From Alphaproteobacteria bacterium (GTDB lineage: Bacteria; Pseudomonadota; Alphaproteobacteria; UBA828), in assembly GCA_965220745.1 (NCBI GenBank), contig CBDCQT010000012.1, forward strand, positions 352,001-416,000: a stretch of DNA of 64,000 bases, given 5' to 3'. A program made the translations under genes and the position numbers. The notes under the pieces are model-generated. The model saw nothing but the letters and a program-made list of their open reading frames with translations. It made no database searches and was not told the DNA's origin. Positions 20,632 through 29,942 of this stretch are shown here, piece by piece; within the stretch, counting starts at the first letter, position 1, and each line of letters begins with the position of its first letter.

Positions 20632-21125
20632 CGGCTGCCCCCTCGGGCTGAGGCCCCCGCGCAAGGCTCGCCTGCAGCCGCAAGCGCTTGCTCCAGGTTG
20701 GAGGCGAATTCGGCGGTCACCTTCGCGGCGTGCTTGTTGATCACCGCGCTGCCGACGGTGCCGAGCACGCCGGCGAGCGCAACTTCGCCCTCCACCGCGA
20801 TGCAGGTCTCGCCGCCTGCCTCCGTGAGCGTGACCGCGTTCTGCGCCCTGAAGTTGCCGACCGCGCCGCGCACCGCCTTGCCGGTGGCGGTGAACGCGAT
20901 GCGCGCCCCGGCAACGCGTTCGGTGATGCGGACCTTGGCCTGGAAGGTGGTCGACATGGGTCCGAGTTTCTGGGTCGCGCGGACGGTGTAGCTGTCGTCC
21001 TCGCCCGCGAGCGGCTCGACCTCTTCGACGCCGGGCATGCACCGCGCGACCTCAAGCGGCCGCTCGAAGAAGCGCCAGACCTCCTCGCCGCTCGCCCGGA
21101 TGCGAAACTCGTGGCGATACTTCAT
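20628..21125 (-). CDS. coxG: CoxG/SRPBCC-family accessory protein
   Basis: VWRFF..VARCMPG; position among Mo-hydroxylase subunits. Confidence 0.75.
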   Translation of the reverse strand: MKYRHEFRIRASGEEVWRFFERPLEVARCMPGVEEVEPLAGEDDSYTVRATQKLGPMSTTFQAKVRITERVAGARIAFTATGKAVRGAVGNFRAQNAVTLTEAGGETCIAVEGEVALAGVLGTVGSAVINKHAAKVTAEFASNLEQALAAAGEPCAGASARGGSR

Positions 21126-21994
21126 CGCGCGGACGCCAGTGCCGAAGCGCGCAGGTCGCGCAGTACCCGCGCGATGTAGATCGGCACCAGGTGGGCGCGG
21201 TATTCGGCCGAGCCCCGGATATCGTCGGGTGGGTCGATGGCGTCGCGCGCGGCCTCGCCTGCTGCCGCGATGTCGGCATCGTCGAGACGGCTTCCTTCCA
21301 GCAGCGCCAGGCTTGCCTCGGCCAGAACCGGCGTGTCGTTGACCCCTCCGAGCCCGATGCGAAGCCCGCGCCAGCGGCCGTCGTCAGCGACCCGCCCGGT
21401 CGCCGCCACCGAGAGCACGCAGAAATCGTTGTGCCGGCGGCAGCACTCGCGAAAGGCGAAGTGCGGCGGATGCGGGGGAACGCGAACCTCAGTCAGCACC
21501 TCGTCGGGCGCGAGAGTGGCGGCGTAGGCGCCTTCGTAGAGGCCTTCCATCGCGATGGTGCGCGCGCCGGATGGCCCGAGCACGTGGACCGTAGCGCCGA
21601 GGACCAGGCAGCTCAGGGGCATTTCGCCGGTCGGATCGCCCTGCACCAGGCTGCCGCCGATGGTGCCGCGGTTGCGTACCTGGCGGTCGCCGACGAAGGC
21701 CACCATCGCCTTGAGCAGGGGCAGCCGCTCCGCGACGAGGGGCGAGAATTCGAGCGTGCTGTAGCGGACCAGAGCGCCGATCCTCGTCTCGTCCCCCTCG
21801 ACCGTCATCTGGGCGAGGTCGGTGAGCCCGTTGATGTCGACCACCGCGTCCGGACGCCAGAGCCGCATGTTCATCATCGGCATCAGGCTTTGGCCGCCGG
21901 CCAGAATGCGGGCGTCGCCGTCGTAGTCCTGGAGGTGGCGCACCGCTTCGGCGATGTCGCCCGGCCGGTGGTAGGCGAAGTCGGCGCTCTTCAC
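21122..21994 (-). CDS. Molybdenum hydroxylase FAD-binding medium subunit
   Basis: FAYHRP, LAGGQSLMP, VRNRGTIGGS, DIRGSAEYR. Confidence 0.9.
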   Translation of the reverse strand: MKSADFAYHRPGDIAEAVRHLQDYDGDARILAGGQSLMPMMNMRLWRPDAVVDINGLTDLAQMTVEGDETRIGALVRYSTLEFSPLVAERLPLLKAMVAFVGDRQVRNRGTIGGSLVQGDPTGEMPLSCLVLGATVHVLGPSGARTIAMEGLYEGAYAATLAPDEVLTEVRVPPHPPHFAFRECCRRHNDFCVLSVAATGRVADDGRWRGLRIGLGGVNDTPVLAEASLALLEGSRLDDADIAAAGEAARDAIDPPDDIRGSAEYRAHLVPIYIARVLRDLRASALASAR

Positions 21995-23088
21995 CGGTCT
22001 CGGTGTCCGGGGCTCGCCGTCGCTACCCGGCCGCCCGAGAGCCTGGCGAGCACGTGCCCGACCGCGCTCCTGCTCTCGGAGACCAGACCCGCGCTCTCCC
22101 GCTGGCTCCACACCGTCTCGGGGCGGACCTGGAGGACCCGCACCGCGCCGTCCGCGCCGATGGCCCATTCGATGTCCTGCGCCGCGCCACGGTGTGTCTC
22201 GATCCGCTTGGCGAGCGTCGCCAGCGCGAGCGCCTCGTCGTCGTCGATGCAGGCCGTGTGCCCCCGCTCGGCCGCGATCGGCAACAATCTCACCGCGCCT
22301 GCAGCGGGATCGAAGCGATATTCCTCCGTTTGCAGCACGATCTCCCGCCTGACGATCTCCAGCGTCACCTTGTCGACGGTGAAGCGGCTCGGGGTTACGT
22401 CGCCCTTGACCACGCCTTCGCCGAGGCCCCAGCAGGCCTCCATGACGATCTTGGAGCGATCGCCGTTGAGCGGGTCGAGGGTGAACATGACGCCGGCGGC
22501 ATGCGCCTCCACCATCTGCTGGACGCCGACGCAGATACCGTCGCCGCCCGCGGCCGCCGCGTCGTCGCCGCCCGCGCGGTAGGAGAGGGCCGTGTCGCCG
22601 AACATGCTGGCCCAGCACGCTCGGACATGCCGCAGCACGGCATCGGCGCCCGCGATCCAGAGATAGGTGTCGTACTGGCCGGCGAAGCTCGCATCGGCGA
22701 GGTCCTCGGCCTCGCCGCTGGAGCGCACGGCCACCGGCACGCCTGGCCGGCCCGTCCTTTCTTCCAGGATCGCGTAGTTGCGCCGGATTGCCGTCTCCAG
22801 CTTATCCGGCATCGGGGAGGCGCCGATGGCCTCCACCAGCCGCGCCCGCGCCTCACCGATCTCCGCGAGGGCCGCGCGGCGAGCGGCCTCCCTCACGAAC
22901 GCGGCCTTATCGGCGAGGCCCGCGTGAGCCATGAAGACGCGATAGGCCGTTGTGGTCACGCCGAAGCCGGGCGGGACCGCGAAGCCGGCCGCCGTCATCG
23001 CGGCGAGGCTCGCGAACTTGCCGCCGAGCAGCGGGTTTCCCGGCGCGCCCTCCTGATCCAGCCACAGAATGTGGGGATCGTCGGTCAC
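21991..23088 (-). CDS. Stand-alone PEP/pyruvate-binding (ATP-grasp) subunit, CreI/phenylphosphate synthase PpsB-like
   Basis: GGKFASL, VAVRSS..EDL..ASFAGQYDT, WGLGEGVV, DIEWA, QVRPET; ends without His-swivel or pyruvate domains. Confidence 0.85.
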   Translation of the reverse strand: MTDDPHILWLDQEGAPGNPLLGGKFASLAAMTAAGFAVPPGFGVTTTAYRVFMAHAGLADKAAFVREAARRAALAEIGEARARLVEAIGASPMPDKLETAIRRNYAILEERTGRPGVPVAVRSSGEAEDLADASFAGQYDTYLWIAGADAVLRHVRACWASMFGDTALSYRAGGDDAAAAGGDGICVGVQQMVEAHAAGVMFTLDPLNGDRSKIVMEACWGLGEGVVKGDVTPSRFTVDKVTLEIVRREIVLQTEEYRFDPAAGAVRLLPIAAERGHTACIDDDEALALATLAKRIETHRGAAQDIEWAIGADGAVRVLQVRPETVWSQRESAGLVSESRSAVGHVLARLSGGRVATASPGHRDR

Positions 23089-24974
23089 GGCGCGGTGCGC
23101 TCCAGAACCGTCACCGTGCCCTCGTTGCCGTCGACCTCCACCTGATCGCCGGTCTGGATCGTCGCCGTGGCAAAGCCCACGCCGACCACCGCCGGCAGCC
23201 CGTACTCGCGCGAGATGATCGCGGTGTGGGCCATCATGCCGCCCACGTCGGAGACCGCCGCGCCGATACGGCCGAAGACGGTCGCCCAGCTCGGCGCCGT
23301 GATCCGGCAGACCAGGATCTCGCCCTCATCGACGCTGTAGAGGTCTTCGGTGCGGGTAATCACGCGGGCCGGCCCGGTCACCTTGCCGGCGGACGCGGGC
23401 ACGCCGCGCAGGACATCGCCGGCGGCGGCGGGATCGACGCCGAGCCACTCCTCGATCGTCTTCTCCGTAATTCCCCAGAGCATGATGGTGATGGGCTCGG
23501 TCACGACCGACGGCGGGGTTCCCAGCGCCGGCGGCGGCGTCCACTTGCAGAGCGAATCCCGGATGCGCCGCCGCCGCTGGACGATGGGCCGCCAGTAGAC
23601 CTCGCCGCGCGGCGGCGAGCCCGTGGCCCAGCCGATCAGCAGGTCGTAGAGCGCGTCGTAGACCTCGTGGCGATGCAGGTAGAAGAGGTCCTCGCGGTCA
23701 TCGAGGAAGTCGTGCGCCACGAAGACATCCGCAAGTTCCCGCACCTTCGACCAGAAGATCGTGTGGTGCCAGTGCTCGACGTAGAAGTTGTGGTCCTCGA
23801 CGTAGGGGAAGACCTTGCAGGTGAGCGCGAGCAGGCCGTCGAAGGCCTCGCGGTCCTGATCGGTGGGCAGGAGCGCGCGGTATTCCGCCGTCACCCGCTG
23901 CCGCTCCGCCAGCAGCTTCTCCAGCGGGCGGCGGATGTCCTCGCCCCGCTGCAACGCCTCGACATAGCCGCGCAGCGCGATGAAGGGAAGCCGCAGGTCG
24001 TCGATCCAGACCGGGTCGGAATGGTCGTAGCCGACGCCCGTGGAGAAGTGGAACCACGGCTCCTTCGCCGCCTCGAAGGCTTGCAACCATTCGGCCCCGC
24101 CGTCTGCCTCCGCCATGGCCGCCAGCAGCGCGTCCGGGTCGTCGTGTTGCAGGACGATGCCGGCGAGGTTCCGCTCGACCGCCAGCTCGGCCAGCTCGCG
24201 GACCTTGTCGTCGGGCCGCAGCAGCAGGTTGTCGATGCCGCAGACGATCTGCGTCAGCGTCCGGTCGGTGATTCCCGGAAACGCCTGCTGGCAGAATTCG
24301 CGGAAGGTCAGGTAGGCGCCGTAGCCCAGGTTCAGCATCTCGAAATGGTAGGAGCCCATTTCGAGCATGTTCTCGATCAGCCGGTTGTAGGCGCTGAGCA
24401 GGTCGTGGGAGGAGTAGACGCCGCGGTGGCCGAAGACGTTCTCCTCCGGCTCCAGCTCCGGCAGCGGGCGGAACTCGATCTCGTTCAGGCGGGCGATGCA
24501 GTCCTTCGCCTTCTCAGCCCAGTTGCCGTAGATCTCGTCCCAGTTCTCGAAGTAGTGGCCGGCGCGGCGGGTGAAGTGCTCGTTGCGCGCGGCGATCTGC
24601 TCGGGATCGGTGACGCTGTTGGGGCTGACGTAGATGTAGCCGTTGACCAGCCGCTGATCGATGCCCATGGCGACCGGAATCGGCCAGACCCGGCTCGCCA
24701 TCTGGCTGGCGGCCACCCACCAGTTCTCGGTCATGATGGTGTCGAAGGGATAGAGCGGCTCCGGGTTGTGCATCCCGTCGAAGAACCAGAACTTTCCCTC
24801 CTCCATCGCGCGACGCTCGTCGCTGATCAGGCAGTAGTAGGGATAAAGCTCTTCCCAGCCCTCCGCGCCGTCGGGCGTGGGCAGCTCGAACGGGCTCGGG
24901 AAGCCCCGGTTGGGGGCGGGCGTGGCCGCCGCGGCCGCCTGTCCCGTCCCGCCGCTCTCGGGTGATTCAGTCAT
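23085..24974 (-). CDS. PEP-utilising phosphohistidine subunit, CreH/phenylphosphate synthase PpsA-like
   Basis: C-terminal swivel domain GGMMAHTAIISREYGLPAVVG; large N-terminal acceptor domain (GAEGWEELYPYY, KFWFFD). Confidence 0.8.
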   Translation of the reverse strand: MTESPESGGTGQAAAAATPAPNRGFPSPFELPTPDGAEGWEELYPYYCLISDERRAMEEGKFWFFDGMHNPEPLYPFDTIMTENWWVAASQMASRVWPIPVAMGIDQRLVNGYIYVSPNSVTDPEQIAARNEHFTRRAGHYFENWDEIYGNWAEKAKDCIARLNEIEFRPLPELEPEENVFGHRGVYSSHDLLSAYNRLIENMLEMGSYHFEMLNLGYGAYLTFREFCQQAFPGITDRTLTQIVCGIDNLLLRPDDKVRELAELAVERNLAGIVLQHDDPDALLAAMAEADGGAEWLQAFEAAKEPWFHFSTGVGYDHSDPVWIDDLRLPFIALRGYVEALQRGEDIRRPLEKLLAERQRVTAEYRALLPTDQDREAFDGLLALTCKVFPYVEDHNFYVEHWHHTIFWSKVRELADVFVAHDFLDDREDLFYLHRHEVYDALYDLLIGWATGSPPRGEVYWRPIVQRRRRIRDSLCKWTPPPALGTPPSVVTEPITIMLWGITEKTIEEWLGVDPAAAGDVLRGVPASAGKVTGPARVITRTEDLYSVDEGEILVCRITAPSWATVFGRIGAAVSDVGGMMAHTAIISREYGLPAVVGVGFATATIQTGDQVEVDGNEGTVTVLERTAP

Positions 24975-25065
24975 GCGTGGCACCTCGCGTCCTGCCGCCC
25001 GGCATCATGCCACGCGTGCGCCCAATGGTTCACGGCCATAGGGCGAGGCGGATCGAGCGGGGGCG

Positions 25066-25995
25066 CTACTCGGCGGCGGCCGCGGCCTCCTGCGGCTCCC
25101 ACTCGGGGATGCGGCCGTCGTAGTAGGGCATCTGCTCGACCCGCGGTGTCCATGAGCCGTCGTCGATGCACTGGCGCACGTGTTGCGCGATCTCGTCCAT
25201 GGTCGCGAACCAGACGCCGCCCTTCTCCTGCAACGCCTCGATCCACGCGGCCACGCGGCGCATCCGCGCGAGCCGGCCCGAGACGAAGGGGTGCCAGACG
25301 GTGATCAGCATGCCGCCGTTCTCGTACATCGCCTCGAACTCGGAATCGAAGACCCGCATGGCCTCGTCCGGCGACTTGATGGTCATGGTGTAGTGGAAGT
25401 CGAGGCTGTGCATGTAGTGCGGCCAGTCGTCCATGCCCCAGTGGGAGGGCAGGCAGATGACCTCGCCCTTGGGCGTGTTCAACACGTAGGGCACGTCGTC
25501 GCCCATCAGGCTCGCGTCGTAGAGCATGCCACGCTCAGCCAGCAGCGTCGGCGAGTGCTTGGACGCATTGTAGAGCGGCGCGCGCCAGCCGCGCGGCGCC
25601 TGGCCGGTCATGCGCTTGATCACGTCGATCTGCCGGTCCAGCCAGTACTCCTGGCGATCGCGGGATTCGTCGTTGGGGTTCTCGTGGAGGTAGCCGTGGG
25701 CCGCGATCTCGTGCCCGCCCTCCAGGATCGCATCCACGAGATGCGGATAACGCTCCATACACCAAGCCGGATAGAAGAAGGTCTGCTTGATGCCGTAGTG
25801 GGCGTAGACCTTCAGGATCCGCGGGATCGCCACCTCGTCGTACTTCAGGAACGAGTTGGCCGAGAGCATGTTCTCGGCCTTGTCGGGGAAATCGAGGTGC
25901 AGGATGCTGTCGGTGTCGATGTCGAAGGTGATGGCCACGGCGCAACGCGCGCCGTCCGGCCACGGCACCGGGTTCTCGATCAGCTTGAGCGTCAT
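25066..25995 (-). CDS. Polysaccharide deacetylase (CE4; PuuE/HpPgdA-like) amidohydrolase
   Basis: WPDGARCAVAITFDID, HEIAAHGYLHE, GWRAP, YDASLM, WHPFVSG. Confidence 0.85.
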   Translation of the reverse strand: MTLKLIENPVPWPDGARCAVAITFDIDTDSILHLDFPDKAENMLSANSFLKYDEVAIPRILKVYAHYGIKQTFFYPAWCMERYPHLVDAILEGGHEIAAHGYLHENPNDESRDRQEYWLDRQIDVIKRMTGQAPRGWRAPLYNASKHSPTLLAERGMLYDASLMGDDVPYVLNTPKGEVICLPSHWGMDDWPHYMHSLDFHYTMTIKSPDEAMRVFDSEFEAMYENGGMLITVWHPFVSGRLARMRRVAAWIEALQEKGGVWFATMDEIAQHVRQCIDDGSWTPRVEQMPYYDGRIPEWEPQEAAAAAE

Positions 25996-26185
25996 CGCTT
26001 CCCTCCTCGCGGCAACCGCCGCAGCGGACCTTACACGCGGCGCGAAACCAAGCCAAGAATACGAAATTCGTGGATTCACAGGCTCGCATTGACGGTTTTC
26101 CAGGCCATAGCTAGACTGCCGTGAGGATTTCGGTGGACTTGGACCTTCTGGGAGCCGGAATCCGCTGACCGCACGAGAGGTTGGC

Positions 26186-26839
26186 ATGAGCGCCTCGAAA
26201 CCATCCTCGCAGGCGAAGGGGAACAGCCGTGAGCCTCGGCTTCGTGCGCTGGCGGAGGGCGAGCCCGCGCCGGTCATGGGGCTGCGCCAGGTCGGGATGG
26301 CGGACCTGCAGGGCGATGCGGTCGCCCCTGCCTCGATCCCCCATATCGAGGGGCTCAACCGGGAGATCGTCGCCCTGCTGCAGGAGGACGGCCGGGTGCC
26401 CTTCTCCAGCATCGCGCGCACGCTGGGCGTCTCGGAAGGGACCGTGCGCTCCCGTGTCGGCCAGATGCACAAGGCCAACCTGATCCACTTCATCACGGTG
26501 GTGAACCCGCTGGCGCTGGGCTACACGGCCTGGTCGATGCTCGGCATCAAGGTCGCCCGCGGCGCCAGCGCCCATGAGGTGGCATCCCACTTCCGCGATC
26601 GGCCGGAGGTCGTCTACGTCATGCGTGTCGCCGCGCGCTACGACCTGCTGGCCGAGGTGGTGTGCGGCTCGCCCGACGAGCTGCGCGAATTCCTCGATGA
26701 CCATTGCTACGGCTCGGACGACATCGCCCAGGTCGAGCCGATGATGGGGCTGGGCCTCTACAAGAGCCTGTTCAAGTGGGACAAGCCGCTCGGCGCCGGC
26801 GATGGCCGCGGCAAGGCGGCCGGGCGCAGCAGCCGGTAG
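26186..26839 (+). CDS. Lrp/AsnC family regulator
   Basis: LQEDGRVPFSSIARTLGVSEGTVRSR HTH; RAM domain; start uncertain. Confidence 0.88.
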   Translation: MSASKPSSQAKGNSREPRLRALAEGEPAPVMGLRQVGMADLQGDAVAPASIPHIEGLNREIVALLQEDGRVPFSSIARTLGVSEGTVRSRVGQMHKANLIHFITVVNPLALGYTAWSMLGIKVARGASAHEVASHFRDRPEVVYVMRVAARYDLLAEVVCGSPDELREFLDDHCYGSDDIAQVEPMMGLGLYKSLFKWDKPLGAGDGRGKAAGRSSR

Positions 26840-26875
26840 CGGCCAACGAACAAGAAGAAGGGGAGACGAACCGCC

Positions 26876-28111
26876 GTGAGCAAGCGCCGCATCATGCCCG
26901 CCGGACACTGGGACTGGAGCATGCCGGTCACGCTCTCCCAGGGCTGGCGGCTGGGCGACCTGGTCGTGGTCGGCGGCCAGATCTCGGCGGACGCAAAGGG
27001 CCGCACGGTCGGTGGCGACATCGAGACCCAGACCCGCAACATCATGGAGTTCATCGGCCGCGTGTTGCACGAGTCGGGCGCCGACTTCGGCGATGTGGTG
27101 AAGCAGAACGTCTACTACGTGGTCGATGACGAGAGCCCGCCGGCGGACGAGATCGTGCGGCGCATCGACGCGGTGCAGGCCGAGTATTTCGCGGCGCCGG
27201 GCCCGGTCACGACCGAGACGCCGGTCTCGGGCCTCGCCTACGAGGGGCTGCTGCTGGAGATCGACGCCTTTGCCGTGGTGGGCGGGGACAAGCGCCCGCT
27301 CACGCCCGAGGGCCACTGGTCGCGCGGCAACGGCATCGCCTGCGTCCAGGGCTGGCAGGCGGGCGACTGGGTCTTCGTCGGCGGCCAGCGCTCGCTCAAC
27401 GGGGACGGCTCGCTCAGGGATGCCGGCGACATCGCAGCCCAGACCCGCAATTGCTTCAACGGCATGGCGGGCGTCCTCGCCGAGGCCGGCGCCTCCATGA
27501 ACGACCTCTTGCGCCTCAACACCTACTACCGGCAAGAGACCACCGGCGACGACGTGACCGCGTTCTGGGAGGCGCTGACCCGGGTGCGCATGGAGCACCT
27601 ACCCAATCCGGGGCCCGCCGGCACGGGGCTCAGGGTCAAGGATTTCTCCCATCCGGGCGAGCTGATTCAGATCGAGGGCGTCGCCCATCTCGGCCGGGAG
27701 CGCCGGCGCATCATGCCGGCGGGCCACTGGGACTGGAGCATGCCGGTGCCGTTCTCCCAGGGCTGGCGGGTCGGCAACGTCGTGTTCGCGGGCGGCCAGA
27801 TCTCGGCGGACCAGAAGGGGCGGACGGTCGGCCCCGGCGACATCGCCCGGCAGACCGAGAACGTGTTCGAGAGCCTGATCGCGGTGCTCGAGGAGGCCGG
27901 TGCCGAGATGAGCGATGTGGTCAAGCTCAATACCTATTACCAGTACGACGACGGCGGCGCTTCGCCCACCGCGTACTGGGAGAAGATGACCGAGGTGCGG
28001 CGGCGCTACTTCCCACCGCTCGGGCCGGCGGCGACCGCGGTCCGCGTGGACGGCTACGCCTTCGAGGACCTGCTGATCGAGATCGAGGCGATTGCCGTGG
28101 TGGACGAATGA
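26876..28111 (+). CDS. Rid (YjgF/YER057c/UK114) family protein with three tandem domains
   Basis: Three repeats of P.GHW...QGW..G..V..GGQ...GDI..QT.N...(E/Q)I(D/E); DNA-level repeat at about 26885 and 27704. Confidence 0.85.
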   Translation: MSKRRIMPAGHWDWSMPVTLSQGWRLGDLVVVGGQISADAKGRTVGGDIETQTRNIMEFIGRVLHESGADFGDVVKQNVYYVVDDESPPADEIVRRIDAVQAEYFAAPGPVTTETPVSGLAYEGLLLEIDAFAVVGGDKRPLTPEGHWSRGNGIACVQGWQAGDWVFVGGQRSLNGDGSLRDAGDIAAQTRNCFNGMAGVLAEAGASMNDLLRLNTYYRQETTGDDVTAFWEALTRVRMEHLPNPGPAGTGLRVKDFSHPGELIQIEGVAHLGRERRRIMPAGHWDWSMPVPFSQGWRVGNVVFAGGQISADQKGRTVGPGDIARQTENVFESLIAVLEEAGAEMSDVVKLNTYYQYDDGGASPTAYWEKMTEVRRRYFPPLGPAATAVRVDGYAFEDLLIEIEAIAVVDE

Positions 28112-28160
28112 TGCGGACGGGTCCTTCCGCCTACAACCGCCGGCCTCCGGGGTGACATGA

Positions 28161-29042
28161 ATGGCCCAGGGACAAGCCGGGGGCACGCCGCCGTCCGATG
28201 CAGATTCGCATCCGGGCGACGCCGCACCCGCGCCGGTCTTCAGGCCGCCCCGCCAACCCTTCCTGGAGGTGCTCGGCTCGCTCACCCAGCGCCGCACTGT
28301 CGTGCTGGGTGTCGCGGGCGTCATCATCTTCTTCGCCGTCTGGGAGGTCGCCCACTACACCACGCCGGAGGAGAAGCAGCGCTTCCTGCCTGCCGTCGAG
28401 CAGGTGGTGGCCGAGATCGCCTATCTCTTCGCCGAGAAGAACTTCATCGCCGATGTCGGCACCAGCCTCTACCGCATCTATGCGAGCTTCTTCGTCGCCA
28501 GCCTGATCGCGGTACCGCTCGGCGTCTTCATGGGCTGCTTCGTCAAGGCGCGCGCGCTCATCAGCCCCACCACCGGGGGCTGGCGCTATCTGCCGGCGGC
28601 CTCCTTCGCGCCGCTCCTGCTGGTGTGGTTCGGGCCCACCGACTTCGCCAAGATGGCGCTGCTCTTCCTCGGCTGCTTCTTCTTTCTCGTCGCCCTGATC
28701 CTCGACAACACGCTCGCGGTCCAGCGCGAGCTGATCGAATCCGGCCTCACCATGGGGGCCAAGCGGCGGCAGGTGGTGGGCATCACCTTCCGCGCCGCGG
28801 CGCCCGCCATCCTCGATTCCATGCGCAACATGATCGCGGTCGCCTGGACCTACCTGGTGATCGCCGAGATCATCGTGGCGACCGACGGCATCGGCGCGGT
28901 GATGATGCGGGCCGTGCGCTTCCTCCACGTCGACATCATGATGGGCGGTATCCTCACCATCGGCGTGCTCGGCGTGCTGACCGACATCACGTTCCGCATC
29001 GCCAGCCGCATTCTCTTCCCGTACCTCCGGGTCAGGCGCTAG
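28161..29042 (+). CDS. NitT/TauT family ABC permease
   Basis: SLYRI, WFG, ELIESGLTMGA, AWTYLVIAE. Confidence 0.88.
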   Translation: MAQGQAGGTPPSDADSHPGDAAPAPVFRPPRQPFLEVLGSLTQRRTVVLGVAGVIIFFAVWEVAHYTTPEEKQRFLPAVEQVVAEIAYLFAEKNFIADVGTSLYRIYASFFVASLIAVPLGVFMGCFVKARALISPTTGGWRYLPAASFAPLLLVWFGPTDFAKMALLFLGCFFFLVALILDNTLAVQRELIESGLTMGAKRRQVVGITFRAAAPAILDSMRNMIAVAWTYLVIAEIIVATDGIGAVMMRAVRFLHVDIMMGGILTIGVLGVLTDITFRIASRILFPYLRVRR

Positions 29043-29053
29043 GAGGCGGCGGG

Positions 29054-29899
29054 ATGGCGGTCTTCGGCTTGGGGAGAACGGCGGCGGCGCAGGCGGGAGC
29101 GAATGCCCCGGTGCCGGGCACGCCCCCACTGCGCGCCAACCGGGTCACCAAGAGCTACCTCAAGGGCAGCGTGATCGCCCTCGACGATGTTTCCTTCGAT
29201 GTCCATGCCAATCAGGTCACGGCGATGATCGGCCCGTCGGGCTGCGGCAAGACGACGATGCTCAGGCTGATGGCGGGGCTCGAATACCCCTCGCGCGGGG
29301 ACGTGACCATGTTCGGTCAGCCGATCATGGGGCCGGGACCGGAGCGCGGCATGGTGTTCCAGGCTTACACCTCCTTCCCCTGGCTCACCACGCGGGCCAA
29401 CATCGAGTATGGGCTGAAGCTCCAGGGGCTCTCGAAGGCGGAGCGGCGCGAACGCGCCGAGCACTTCCTCGAGCTGGTGCATCTGGAAGGGTTCGCCAAT
29501 GCCTATCCGGCCGAGCTTTCCGGCGGCATGAAGCAGCGCGTCTCCATCGCGCGCACGCTGGCGCAAAATCCGGCGCTGCTGCTGCTGGACGAGCCCTTCG
29601 GTGCGCTCGACGCCCAGGTCACCTGGGAAATGGAGGAGATGATCATCGAGATCATCGAGCGCGAGAACAAGACCGTGGTGGTGGTCACCCACGACATCCA
29701 GGAGGCGATCTACCTCGCCGACCGGATCATCTTCTACACACGGCAACCGGGGCGGATCAAAGCCGACCTCCCGATGGCGTTCAAGGAAGGCCGCCGCTTT
29801 CAGAAGAAGGAGGAGATGCTCGTGCATCCGGGCTACGTGGACATGGAGCGGCAGCTTTACGCGATGATGCGCGAGGAGATACGGGGACGGGTCAGCTAG
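29054..29899 (+). CDS. NitT/TauT family ABC ATP-binding protein
   Basis: GPSGCGKT, LSGGMKQR, LLLDEPFGALD. Confidence 0.9.
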   Translation: MAVFGLGRTAAAQAGANAPVPGTPPLRANRVTKSYLKGSVIALDDVSFDVHANQVTAMIGPSGCGKTTMLRLMAGLEYPSRGDVTMFGQPIMGPGPERGMVFQAYTSFPWLTTRANIEYGLKLQGLSKAERRERAEHFLELVHLEGFANAYPAELSGGMKQRVSIARTLAQNPALLLLDEPFGALDAQVTWEMEEMIIEIIERENKTVVVVTHDIQEAIYLADRIIFYTRQPGRIKADLPMAFKEGRRFQKKEEMLVHPGYVDMERQLYAMMREEIRGRVS

Positions 29900-29942
29900 G
29901 GCCCGCCTCGACGGTCAACCGCAAGGAAAGGGAGAAACCAAC

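Noticed and set aside
17768-21994. Aerobic CO dehydrogenase
   Set aside because: Active-site loop is AYRGYGQ, not form I AYxCSFR; no coxDEF in the window
21991-24974. PEP synthase / pyruvate phosphate dikinase, or a frameshifted single gene
   Set aside because: No pyruvate-binding barrel domain; the swivel gene precedes the ATP-grasp gene, each with its own start and stop
26885-27770. DNA direct repeats as a CRISPR or tandem array
   Set aside because: Explained by duplicated Rid domains; no repeat-spacer pattern and no cas genes
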